Part shown: positions 26,576-39,800 of the stretch, piece by piece | Layout: the number at the start of each line of letters is the position of its first letter | Numbering within the stretch: the first letter of the stretch is position 1 | From: Eledone cirrhosa | Lineage: Eukaryota | DNA length: 64,000 nucleotides | Assembly (NCBI GenBank): GCA_964016885.1 | Contig: OZ024741.1 | Coordinates: 215,512,001-215,576,000, forward strand | Reading direction: 5' to 3' | The notes under the pieces: model-generated | What the model saw: only the letters and a program-made list of their open reading frames with translations | The model's database searches: none | What the model was told of the DNA's origin: nothing | Made by a program: the position numbers and the translations under genes

Positions 26576-27155
26576 CTAACAGCGCTGCGATCGAATGTGG
26601 CTTTTTAGCGCAGCCAATGATCTAAAATGTCTTGAACAGAGTCGGCAACCAAAACATTCACTGGGAATAGTCGGCTGTGGTTGGAGTTCGTGTACTTTTG
26701 CATGTCGCTTGAGCCCTCCTGCTGATTTACATTCTCTACCACATGTTTGGCAAGCATGATGAGTAGCATCTCCAACAGCAGCCTGGTAGTCAACCACTGG
26801 TCTTACTTTATGACTGCGAAGATGACTTTCGAGTCCAGCTTTGCTTAGGCAGAGTCTCGCACAGACGCTGCATGTCAGCACCATAGGAGGACCCTCGCCG
26901 TCTGGAAGTGCAACAGCAATGCCCTTCCTCACATCCCGCTTTACTTTCTCATATGCGATTCGAGATGCCTCAAAGGCAACAACTTTTCCCTCATATACAG
27001 TCTTTCTCCATTTATTACGATCAGCAGCAATATTTCCCCATGTATCAGCAGAGATGTTAGCGTCTTTCAGAGAGGCTTTCAAGGAATCCTTATACCTCTT
27101 TTTTGGTTTATGTGGCAGTCGTTTTCCTTTAACCAACTCTCCACACATACTCTCC
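26576..27155 (-). pseudogene. RTE (BovB-like) LINE C-terminus with three C2H2-type zinc fingers, 5' truncated
   Basis: [23 protein letters not shown]....[12 protein letters not shown] is the RTE C-terminal signature; followed by CSVC..HLRSH, CQTC..HAKVH, CRLC..HIRSQ. Confidence 0.85.
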
Positions 27156-27196
27156 ATACATATACATACATATATATATATATTCATATACACACA

Positions 27197-27244
<48 letters not shown>

Positions 27245-27267
27245 TACACACACACACATATATATTT

Positions 27268-27300
<33 letters not shown>

Positions 27301-27790
27301 ATATGTATATCCATGCATATGTATATATATTTATAACTTAGAATCACGCAACCAACACACAAGGTATTCCAGAGAGTGTATTTGGAAAATTTGAAGACCG
27401 CAACACGAAGAAAGGTGCAAAAGCTATTACTAGAAATAATTAAAAGGAAAACCAAGAGAAAGAAGACAACTTTAGAATGTTAGAATGGCATACACACACG
27501 CAAAGTATCCATTGATGAAATAAACTTAGCTTAAGATTGTCTTTCGTAAATCTTCCACATTCGTTACAAATTCGTTTTTCTTTTGTCACCGTCGCCATTA
27601 GCGTATGCTCTTCTTCCAAATATATTTATTCCTGTTTAAAGAGACTCTTGATACTGGTAGTTTCCAACAGAATTTATACATAAATGCACTCATACATGCA
27701 TGCGTTTATACATGCATACTTTTTCGTTCATATGTGAATATATAGTTTTAGTCCAGTAGAAGCCTTTTCTATATTAAATTATATATATAT

Positions 27791-27926
27791 CGAAGGAAGT
27801 GTGATAAGGTACCATAAGGACCATAAGGCACCAGAGTACTCAATACTTAGGGTAGTAGAGTGGGTAATAGGAACATTTTTAAGCCCGACGGCAGAGCTCA
27901 AGCCGTTTCGACGTCTATTTCTGGAC
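27791..27926. mobile_element. Family A copy 3 (no fold-back arm)
   Basis: CGAAGGAAGTGTG...CCGTTTCGACGTCTATTTCTGGAC between (TA)n tracts. Confidence 0.8.
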
Positions 27927-28425
27927 TATATATATTTATATAATGAACTATATGGAGAATAGAAATGGCTGTGAGGCTGCTATTTAAGGTAACTTAAAAT
28001 GCAATGGGAATACGAAGAAAGCAAGAGCGGGGGTGGGGTCCTGATCAGTTGTCTACTGGGCGTCTCGGATATTTCTATGCTTTAAAGACAATATACCTCG
28101 CCCCAGGGTGTCAATAACTGGATAAGTTATTGGGAAAACGGAAGAAGGAGGGAAGGAAAGCAAAGGGGAAGAAAAGAGAAAACAGTAACAAAACAGCGAA
28201 AAAAAACCTACAAATCGAGCAATGTGGGAGCAACTATAGGTGGGAAATCTAAGACCACTCGATAAGAGAACTTAAGTTCAAGACTGAGTGTCCGAGAGGA
28301 ACAAGACATACGTCCAGTCGCCGATATAAAAACAACTTTGTTAATGAATGCCCTGTTATTTTTAATGGATAATTAGTGCAGAACGGCAAAAAATGGTGTT
28401 AAGCAAAGAAAGTATGACCAACAGA

Positions 28426-28498
<73 letters not shown>

Positions 28499-28501
<3 letters not shown>

Positions 28502-29770
28502 TGATCTCTTTAAGCAACATAACCTTAAAATTGAATTTGATAACGACGTCAAACTAGTTAATTTCTTGGATATATCCCTTTATCCTGACACTGGTCTATA
28601 TTACCCTGACGATAAAAACAATGAGAATCTAAATTATGTTAATTTTAAATCTAACCCCCCCCCCCCCCCACACTAACATTAAAAATGCTATAGTCAGTAA
28701 TATTGGAAAAAGAATTTCAAACCTATCCTCTAATAAAGATATCTTCGATGCTAAGGACAATTACTATAATAATGCGCTTTCTAAAGCCGGTTATCCTGAT
28801 AAAATTAAATGCAATAAAGAAACCAATCCTAGAAAGTCTTACAGTAAAATAATTAATTATAAACATTCCAATAACTTAAACAAAAGACCTAGATACAAAA
28901 ATATAATCTGGTATAATACTCCTTTCTCTATTTCTATTAATAATAATATTGCTAAACTATTCTTTAGGCCTTAGATAAATGCTTCCCTCCCTCACATATC
29001 TATAGTAAAATCTTTAACAAACATACAATAAAATTTTCTTATTCCACCTCTTCCAATATCTCTAACATTATCTCTAAACACAACAATAAAATATTAAATA
29101 ATAAATCACATCCTTCCAACACTGAGCGTCATAATAATAGCAGTAGTACTTCCGACGTTATTGTTAACTCTAGGCTAGATTCTGTAAACTTAAATACGAC
29201 GTCAAACGTAACTTCGTTCATAATACCAATCTAAATCAGGAAACTATTATTCCTATCGTAAATAACTTCTCCAATCCAATTCCTTCTATAAATAACACTA
29301 GGTCACTTGTTATTAACTCTGTTAATTTCTCAAATCGTAATTGTAATTGCCCTGTTAGAACTAAATGTCCTCTTAATAACCATTGTCTTGATAAAAACTT
29401 AGTCTATGAATGTAAGGTTATAACTGATACCAATTCCTTTACCTATTTCGGTTCCACCTCCACTTCCTTCAAAGCTAGATTTTATAATCACAATTCGTCT
29501 TTTAGATACCAACTTAAAAGAACTAACACGGCCCTCTCGGAACTCATATGGTCCTTGAAAGACAAACATATTAACTATAACATCTCTTGGAGGAAGGTTT
29601 GTTCTGCCTTTCCTTACCTGAATTCTTCCCTATCCAGAACATGTAATCTCTGCCTAGCCGAGAAATTGACCATTATATCTAATTTCAATTCTATAATAAA
29701 TAGACACACGGATTTATTTTCTCTCTGCTTGCATAAATTCCACAGAACATTCCATAAAGTATACAGCTAA
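28499..29770 (+). pseudogene. Penelope-like RT C-terminus plus GIY-YIG endonuclease (frameshifted)
   Basis: VNFLDISL; IGKRISNLSSN..YYNNALSKAGY; NIIWYNTPFS; CNCPVRTKCPLNNHCLDKNLVYECKV..TYFGSTSTSFKARFYNH..LSELIWSLK..CNLCLAEK. Confidence 0.9.
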
Positions 29771-30941
29771 TATCTCAATAACTTACTAGTTTTAAATCCT
29801 TTTTCTCAAAGGCTTATATACCCATCTTTCTACCTTATTTTAATATTATATATTATATAATACAATTTACTCATTCTATATCATTCCTCTTTGTCATTTT
29901 CCTTTCTTCCTTTTTTCTTTTTAATTTCTAACCTCTAATCTGTACTTTTTCTTCCCAACTACTTCTCAATTCTTATTATTACTCACAACAACATTATCCA
30001 TTCTTCCATCTTTCCTCATATCATTGGCCATAACAATTATTTTTTAATACATTATAGTATTACCATTAGAAGTCCTTCGTAAACATATACATTTTTGACG
30101 TTAGATTTTTTTCTTCCTTAAATTTTTCTTATCTCCTCCATCCTTTCATGTTCGTTTTAAACTACTACTAAATTTGACTTTTACATATTACAATACATAA
30201 AAACAAACTTAAACCCCAACTAATTTCTTTTAATATATTATATTATTTAATATTCTTTTAATATATTATATTATTACCATTAGAAAATATTTCGTAAACA
30301 TATATACTTTTTGATGTTAGATATTTTCTTCCTTAAACATTCTTTTCTTCTTTCCTTCCGCGCTCATTTTAAACAAACTATTTACGTATACATATTACAT
30401 TACATAAAAACAAACTTAAACACTAACTAATTCCTCTAAATTCATAACTCATTCATTCTTCTCCTTCTTTTCCCATTATATCCTTAACATTAATATTTTT
30501 ATTTTAATAATACATATTAATAAATTCTTTTCCTCGCACATATTATTAAACCCTTCAATATACAAACCTTAATTTAATACTATTCTTAATTCCTATTTCT
30601 TCATGCATAAACCTCATTAACTTTTAATTTCAAATGTTTTTAAATTATCTATTATCTTCCAACGGCTTTTTAATTTCTCTCTGTGAGACAATATATTTTT
30701 TTTTCTCAGTTGTAAAGGCTATCTCTCTCTCTCTCCATCACCCATCTCTCCTCCTCTCTCATCCTTCCTTCTTATACTCCTCGCCTACCATCCTTTACTC
30801 TCATCTCTTCCTTTTCCCTACCTTTTCCACCCCCCCTCACTTTTTCCCAATCTCATACATCAATCTTAATTTATTTTTCATATGTTGATTTAAAACTTCA
30901 CTATTCACAAGTGTTTTTTAAGCTTCATATCATGTCTCCCC

Positions 30942-31010
30942 ATTTTATCTGATGAGAACACAGATATCATCCCATGATGATATTTGTTTTTGGAATGCAC
31001 ATAATAAAAT
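30942..31010 (+). ncRNA. Degenerate hammerhead (GAAA to GGAA) in the Penelope 3' pLTR
   Basis: ATTTTAT-CTGATGA-GAACACAGATATCATC..GATGATATTTGTTTTT-GGAA-TGCACA-TA-ATAAAAT. Confidence 0.7.
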
Positions 31011-31041
31011 ACTTGGAACTCTTTTAACCATCTTTTGATCT

Positions 31042-31103
<62 letters not shown>

Positions 31104-31242
31104 TATGAAGAGAGAAGGAACATTTAGATATAATTAGTAATAAAATGTATCATACCTAAACTGCTCCTAGATTCCTCGACTACGTAGTTTCGTGGCATAA
31201 ACAAAAACAGTACATCATAAAGATAGGTTTCTAAATATATTG

Positions 31243-31292
<50 letters not shown>

Positions 31293-31294
<2 letters not shown>

Positions 31295-31440
31295 CGAAGG
31301 AAAAGTGGTAAGGAACCAGGTGGACCATAACGCACCAAAGTACTCAATACTTAGTGTAGTAGAGTGGGTAATAGGAACGAGTAGGAATTAATCGTCGAAA
31401 CGGGTTGAGCTCAGCCGTCGGGGTCCTACTCGTTCCTATA
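31293..31440. mobile_element. Family A copy 4 (fold-back with internal deletion)
   Basis: ATAGGAACGAGTAGGA ... TCCTACTCGTTCCTAT inverted pair. Confidence 0.8.
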
Positions 31441-31442
31441 TA

Positions 31443-31492
<50 letters not shown>

Positions 31493-31659
31493 TAAGTATG
31501 TATACGTACATACATATATGTATACAGACGTACAGTAGTATGTATATATACATACGAATGAGTTTTACAGTAGATTGGAAGCACTCTACAGTGATATTTT
31601 CCAGAGTTATTAATATTAATTCAAATATTAACAAAATAGATATTCTTGTGATCAATTAA

Positions 31660-31724
31660 ATTTTATTATACATATTTCAGAGGTACTGAATTAAGTTTAA
31701 CAGTACGTCTTCATCAGATAAAAT
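31660..31724 (-). ncRNA. Type I hammerhead ribozyme motif
   Basis: ATTTTAT-CTGATGA-AGACGTACTG...CAGTACCTCT-GAAA-TATGTA-TA-ATAAAAT. Confidence 0.85.
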
Positions 31725-32988
31725 AAAATGATACATGACATATATACATGACAAATATAAATATATATAAATATATATATGATACATGACAAATATAAAT
31801 ATATTTGTACAAACTATATATAGTTTCATTAATACTTAATATATCTCTATATATAGTTGTTTAAATATATTTATATTGTTTAATAACATAATCATAGTTA
31901 CATTTGTATAACAATAATTATAATTACGATTTTTATTAAATGTTTACCATCCCATTAAGCCTAGTACATCTATATATAGTTTTATACAAATATTTGTATC
32001 TAGGATAACATAATCATAGTTACACTTATATAGATAATGTAAACACCCAAATGACATTATTATAAGTGTTTGGTCTTCCCTGGAAGGCCGAACTTATATA
32101 ATCATTTACTTAATATAATATATGAACTAATAATAAATTATAGTTCGGTTTTCCCTAGAAGGTCGAACTTATATAATCACTTACTTAATATGATATATGA
32201 ACAAATAATAAATTATAGTCCTGGTATTATGATCAATACACACATATATATATAGCTGAAAACTCTGACTCCTTTAGGTTTAATTATAAGACCTGCTAAT
32301 ACTTTAGGCACTGTAACTATTTAACAATAAATTCCTTAATAGTTATGATTGTAAATATCTCATAAATTATAATATAGAAAATGTTGTCAGTGTTATAAGT
32401 AATTTTGTTAAAGATTACCTTTGTGGGAATATTGAACATTATATCTATAATTTCTTTCTTTCGCGGGCCTGGTAAATCCTTTAAATTTGTCTTCATAGAA
32501 TTTTGAATTTTAGAAATTTAACATAATTATATTATAATATTAATACAAATACCCATCAACTTTTAAAACCTAAAATTATGATTCTTTACCCTGAAATAAC
32601 ATAAACTAAAAAATTTGAAATGTAACCGCCAAAGCTATATGTGTTTATGTGTGTCTAAAGAAAGTGAGCATAAATTACTCCCCTTTGTCTCTCCCTCTCT
32701 TTAATTATCTATCATTTGTCTTCTCAAGCTAAATACTAAATAAGTTATAGCTTTAGATACGTCTTCCTCTATACTTTCCTGTGCCACATAATTCTATAGT
32801 AGTATTTCAAATTCTATAACTGTTGCATTAAGGCAATGTTTTTCTTACTCACACTCTCTCTATTGATTCTATTACGTTTTCACATGTTCTCATTATTAGG
32901 GTATAAATATTGAGTTTTCTCATAAGTTAATCATACCTTGATTAAATCTTAACCATCTAACATGTCAGGGTATGTCATGTATCATTTT

Positions 32989-33053
32989 ATTTTATCTGAT
33001 GAGGACGTACTGTTAAACTTAATTCAGTACCTCTGAAATATGTATAATAAAAT
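32989..33053 (+). ncRNA. Type I hammerhead ribozyme motif
   Basis: ATTTTAT-CTGATGA-GGACGTACTG...CAGTACCTCT-GAAA-TATGTA-TA-ATAAAAT. Confidence 0.85.
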
Positions 33054-33115
33054 TTAATTGAACACAAGAATATCTATTTTGTTAATATTTGAATTAATAT
33101 ATATATATATATATA

Positions 33116-33242
33116 TAGCCGTCGAAATGGCTTGAGCTCTGCCGTCGGGGTTAAACATTTTCCTATTACCCACTCTACTACTTTAAGTATTGAGTACTCT
33201 GGTGCGTTTGATCCTTCTGGTACCTCACCACACTTTCTCCGA
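33116..33242. mobile_element. Family A copy 5
   Basis: TAGCCGTCGAAATGGCTTGAGCTC...CACACTTTCTCCG between (TA)n tracts. Confidence 0.8.
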
Positions 33243-33392
33243 TATATATATATATATGAATGTATATACAGTGTATTTTTCAATACACTGTATGCTTAAT
33301 TAAAAGCATTTTGAAGACCTTACGCTATTGTTTTAGAGTACTGACAATCTTACATACTTTAATTTCCAGCAAACAGTAAACAATAGCGTAAG

Positions 33393-33501
33393 GTGGTGGA
33401 GATGGTGGTGATGGTGGTGGTGGTGATGGTGGTGGTGATGGTGGTTATGGTATTGATGTTGTTGTTGTTGCTAGTGGTGTTGATGGTGGTGATGGTGTTG
33501 G

Positions 33502-33574
<73 letters not shown>

Positions 33575-34110
33575 GGTGGTGGTGGTGGTGGTGATAGTGT
33601 TGTTGGTTTTGTTGTTGTAGGTTGTTGTTGTTGGTAGTGGTGGTGATGGTGTTGTTTGTTTTGTTGTTGGTATTGGTGGTGTTGGTGACGGTGATGGTGA
33701 TGGTATTGGTGGTGTTACTGGCATTGCTGATGGTGTTGCTGTTGTTTGTACTGGTGTTCCTCGTGTAGGTGTTGGTGGTGGTGGTGGTGACGATGGTGTT
33801 AGTGGTGATGGTGGTGTTGATGGTGCTAGTGGTAGTGGTGGTCTTGGGGTTGATGGTGGTGGTGGTGGTAGTGGAAGTGGTGGTGGTTCTGTCGATGGGG
33901 GTAATGGTGGTGTGTGTGTGTGTGGGGGGGGGGGGGGTAGTGGTGGTAGTAGTAGCGATAGAGGTGGTGTTGACGGTGATTCGTGTTCGTGTTCCGGTGT
34001 TATTTTTGGTGGTGGTTGGTTGTAACGGTGGAAGAGGTGGCTGCAATGATGCAAATTGGTTTTGTTGTTGTTGTTGTTGTTAATGTTGGTGGTGGTGGTG
34101 GTCGTGGTGT
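33393..34110. repeat. (GGT)n/(GTT)n low-complexity tract
   Basis: Direct reading. Confidence 0.9.
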
Positions 34111-34390
34111 GGGGGAGAACTGATGAGATTCAAGTCATAAATGAATGGTAATAATGTAAGTGTTGAGGGTGTATGGTGAAGAGGGGGCCGAGCAAGTGGG
34201 GGATAGTTGAGAGGCGAGGGGGGTATAGTTTTGTTGGAGCAAAGGAAATGACTGTTGGTAGAATCAGTTATGGTGTTACAATGAAGAAAATTATATACTT
34301 CCATATTGTATTAATACACAGATACTAATATCTGAGGGACGGGATACGCTAACGATCATAATAGGTTTTATATATATATATGTATATATA

Positions 34391-34472
<82 letters not shown>

Positions 34473-34694
34473 CATATATATATATATATGCTTATAATGA
34501 TTGTAAGTGTCTGTGTGTCTCTCAGTGTCTGTCTGTGTACCTCTTTTTGTGTGTGTGTGTCTCTTATATATATATATAATAAAAAATTGAACAGGGACAG
34601 AACAGAGAGGCAGTACGACAAATGTTTATTAGAATCATATATATGTATATGTATATAAATATTTAGTCACACAAATGCACATGTATGCGTAATA

Positions 34695-34799
<105 letters not shown>

Positions 34800-34851
34800 C
34801 ATATATACATATATATATATTTATATATATATGTATATATGTATATATATA

Positions 34852-34937
<86 letters not shown>

Positions 34938-35489
34938 TATATATATATACATATGCTTATAATGATTGTAAGTGTATGTGTGTCTCTCTGTGTCTGTCTG
35001 TGTACCTCTTTTTGTGTGTGTTTGTCTCTCTCTCTCTGTCTTTGTGTGTGTGTTTGTCTGTCTGTCTGAGTATATATCTGTGTGTGTATATAATGTCCCT
35101 AAATAATCAATTCACCATTCATATATACAAGCTAGTTAAATATGTCCCCTTCTGCCTCAATTTCCAAACTGTTATTTACTCTCATATATGGCAAACATTT
35201 CATTATGTTCCGACGCCGCACCATAGCCACCCACCTCCACCATCATTCACCAGTGTTTAACATTCTACACCTTCCCCAGCATCCTCCACCCTACACATAC
35301 ATATCGATACACACTATATTTGGACACCCCACCGCCACTATCTCTTCCAACAGTCTCCACATATCGGCAAACATGCCGATACACCAGCACCACCACCACA
35401 ATCATTCCTTTCCCCATTCTCCATATACAGATACCCATTATATAACGACACCCCGCTAACTTCATTAAACCTATATCTCTCTCATTTTG

Positions 35490-36005
35490 GTATACATGAT
35501 ATACCGACACTCTACCACCCCCATCGTCTCCCGGCCCCCACATGGCGGGCTACATGGTATACCGACACTCTACCCCCTCCATTGTCTCCCAGCCCCCACA
35601 TGGCGAGCTACATGATATACTGACAACCTACCACCTCCATTGTCTCCCAGACCCCACATGGCGAGCTACAAGATATTCCGACACTCTACCACCCCAAATG
35701 GCGGGATACATGATATACCGACACCCTACTACCTCTATTGCTTTCCGTCCGCCATATGGCGGTATACATGATATACCAACACGCCACCATCTCCATTGTC
35801 TCCCAACCTCCACATGGCGGTATACATAATATACCGACACCCTACCACTCGCATTGTCTTCCAACCTTCATATGCGGAGAAGCATGATATACTTACACTC
35901 TACAACCTCCATCGTTCTCCCATTCTCCACATTCAGATATACATGATATACAGGCACCCCGCTATCTCCATCGTCTCCCAACCGCCACATTCAGATATAC
36001 ATAAA
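35490..36005. repeat. Diverged ~58-bp minisatellite (TACATGATATACCGACACTCTACCACC...CCACATGGCG)
   Basis: About 9 degenerate units. Confidence 0.8.
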
Positions 36006-36819
36006 CAATCACCCTACCTTTCTCTTCTCCAATTTGTTCACACTTATTAATCCAAAATTATTCCTCCATACATAAATATCCTAATAACAGTAATTGAATG
36101 GCAGTTATTATTGCTGAGGTCTGAATTCATCGCTAGATTTGAAGGACAGGGTGGAAAGACATGCATTTGGAGGGGATTCAATTCTTCAAGCCATTACAAA
36201 CACCCGTTGAGAAATAAAAACTAGACCAGCATGTGTATGCAAACAGCAAAGATTTGCAGACACAGAGAACGAGGAGAAGAAATGAAGATAAGATGTTTTC
36301 AAAAACTTTATAGTGCAATGTATGTCAATATAAGCGAATAAATGTAAGCCGTAAGAACGAATAACATGGGACGAGACGAAAGTAAGCGATAAGTTTGAAG
36401 AGGACGGAAGCCTATCAAGATATATTTATAGACAAATAGAAAGGTGTGTCCCAAAATATTTATTATTTCCTCACGTAGTAATCACTTCGAAATTCTGGTT
36501 TCAGTGGCATATTAATAAATTTCTATATCCCAGCGTTCCTTAAGATGAGAGCCATGTGTCCCTATCAATCTCTATATTTGTGGATCCTTATTTTAATGAT
36601 CAGACTTTACATAACACCGCCTAAATTTTCTTCTATAAAACAGTGTATTAATGCACAAAGTTTCCTTATATATGTTGTGAAATATAGTACGACAACAACA
36701 ACAAAAACAATAGTTACGCCACGTACAGATGATAACGAAAACATAAATAACAACATTTACACGTGAAAAAGGTAATAAAAAAAGAAACAGTATTTCCAGT
36801 GAAAGGCAGCAACAAGAAG

Positions 36820-39800
36820 AGTTACACCTACCACATGTAGTAATGACAACAACAACAACAACAACAGTTACACCTACCACATGTAGTAATGACAACAACA
36901 ACAACAACAACAACAGTTACACCTGCCACAGGTAGTAACAACAACAACAACAACAGTTACACCTGCCACAGGTAGTAACAACAACAACAACAGTTACATC
37001 TGCCACAGGTAGTAACAACAACAACAACAACAGTTACACCTGCCACAGGTAGTAACAACAACAACAACAACAGTTACACCTGCCACAGGTAGTAACAACA
37101 ACAACAACAACAGTTACACCTGCCACAGGTAGTAACAACAACAACAACAACAACAGTTACATCTGCCACAGGTAGTAACAACAACAACAACAACAGTTAC
37201 ACCTGCCACAGGTAGTAACAACAACAACAACAGTTACACCTGCCACAGGTAGTAACAACAACAACAACAACAGTTACACCTGCCAGAGGTAGTAACAACA
37301 ACAACAACAACAACAGTTACACCTGTCACAGGTAGTAACAACAACAACAACAACAGTTACACCTGCCACAGGTAGTAACAACAACAACAACAACAGTTAC
37401 ACCTGCCACAGGTAGTAACAACAACAACAACAACAGTTACACCTGCCACAGGTAGTAACAACAACAACAACAGTTACACCTGACACAGGTAGTAACAACA
37501 ACAACAACAACAGTTACACCTGCCACAGGTAGTAACAACAACAACAACAACAGTTACACCTGCCACAGGTAGTAACAACAACAACAACAGTCACACCTGC
37601 CACAGGTAGTAACAACAACAGCAACAACAACAACAGTTACACCTGCCACAGGTAGTAACATCAACAGCAACAACAACAAAAGTTACACCTGCCACAGGTA
37701 GTAACAACAACAACAACAACAACAACAACAGTTACACCTGCCACAGGTAGTAACAACAACAGCAACAACAACAACAGTTACACCTGCCACAGGTAGTAAC
37801 AACCACAACAACAACAGTTACACCAGTCACAGGTAGTAACAACAACAGCAACAACAACTACAGTTACACCTGCCACAGGTAGTAACAACAACAACAACAA
37901 CAACAGTTACACCAGTCACAGGTAGTAACAATAACAACAACAACAACAGTTACACCTGCCACAGGTAGTAACAACAACAACAACAACAACAGTTACACCT
38001 GCCACAGGTAGTAACAACAGCAACAACAGTTACACCTGTCACAGGTAGTAACAACAACAACAGCAACAACAACAACAGTTACACCTGGCACAGGTAGTAA
38101 CAACAACAACAACAACAGTTACACCTGTCACAGGTAGTAACAACAACAACAGCAACAACAACAGTTACACCTGTCACAGGTAGTAACAATAACAACAGCA
38201 ACAATAACAGTTACACCTGTCACAGGTAGTAACAACAACAACAACAGCAACAACAGCAGTTACACCTGTCACAGGAAGTAACAACAACAACAGCAACAAC
38301 GACAGTTACACCTGCCACAGGTAGTAACAACAACAACAACAACAACAGTTACACCAGTCACAGGTAGTAACAACAACAACAACAACAACAACAGTTACAC
38401 CTGCCACAGGTAGTAACAACAACAACAACAACAACAGTTACACCTGCCACAGGTAGTAACAACAGCAACAACAGTTACACCTGTCACAGGTAGTAACAAC
38501 AACAACAGCAACAACAACAACAGTTACACCTGGCACAGGTAGTAACAACAACAACAACAACAGTTACACCTGTCACAGGTAGTAACAACAACAACAGCAA
38601 CAACAACAGTTACACCTGTCACAGGTAGTAACAATAACAACAGCAACAATAACAGTTACACCTGTCACAGGTAGTAACAACAACAACAACAGCAACAACA
38701 GCAGTTACACCTGTCACAGGAAGTAACAACAACAACAGCAACAACGACAGTTACACCTGCCACAGGTAGTAACAACAACAACAACAACAACAACAGTTAC
38801 ACCTGTCACAGGTAGTAACAATAACAACAGCAACAATAACAGTTACACCTGTCACAGGTAGTAACAACAACAACAACAGCAACAACAGCAGTTACACCTG
38901 TCACAGGAAGTAACAACAACAACAGCAACAACGACAGTTACACCTGCCACAGGTAGTAACAACAACAACAGCAACAACATCAGTTACACCTGTCACAGGT
39001 AGTAACAATAACAACAGCAACAATAACAGTTACACCTGTCACAGGTAGTAACAACAACAACAACAGCAACAACAGCAGTTACACTTGTCACAGGAAGTAA
39101 CAACAACAACAGCAACAACGACAGTTACACCTGCCACAGGTAGTAACAACAACAACAGCAACAACAACAGTTACACCTGTCACAGGTAGTAACAATAACA
39201 ACAGCAACAATAACAGTTACACCTGTCACAGGTAGTAACAACAACAACAACAGCAACAACAGCAGTTACACCTGTCACAGGAAGTAACAACAACAACAGC
39301 AACAACGACAGTTACACCTGCCACAGGTAGTAACAACAACAACAGCAACAACAACAGTTACACCTGTCACAGGTAGTAACAACAACAACAACAACAATAA
39401 CAGTTACACCTGTCACAGGTAGTAACAACAACAACAACAGCAACAACAGCAGTTACACCTGCCACAGGTAGTAACAACAACAACAGCAACAACAACAGTT
39501 ACACCTGCCACATGTAGTAACAACAACAACAACAGTTACACCTGCCACAGGTAGTAACAATAACAACAACAACAACAGTTACACCTGCCACAGGTAGTAA
39601 CAACAACAACAACAGTTACACCTGCCACAGGTAGTAACAACAACAACAACAGTTACACCTGCCACAGGTAGTAACAACAACAACAACAACAGTTACACCT
39701 GTCACAGGTAATAATGACAACAACAACAACAGTTACACCTGCCACAGGTAATAACGACAACAACAACAACAGTTACACCTGCCACAGGTAGTAACAACAA

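Larger units (their letters stand above)
28499..31045 (+). mobile_element. 5'-truncated Penelope-like retroelement (RT end, GIY-YIG, 3' UTR with HHR)
   Basis: Coding remnant, ~1.2 kb AT-rich UTR, HHR at 30942-31010; (TA)n at both ends. Confidence 0.85.
31613..33100. mobile_element. 1.5-kb non-coding element bounded by ~130-bp inverted repeats, each containing an HHR
   Basis: 31613-31743 is the reverse complement of 32971-33100; internal ~75-bp tandem duplication at 32070-32220. Confidence 0.8.

Noticed and set aside
26576-27193. Host C2H2 zinc-finger gene
   Set aside because: The fingers are contiguous with an RTE LINE C-terminus, and the ORF start lies in a TA microsatellite
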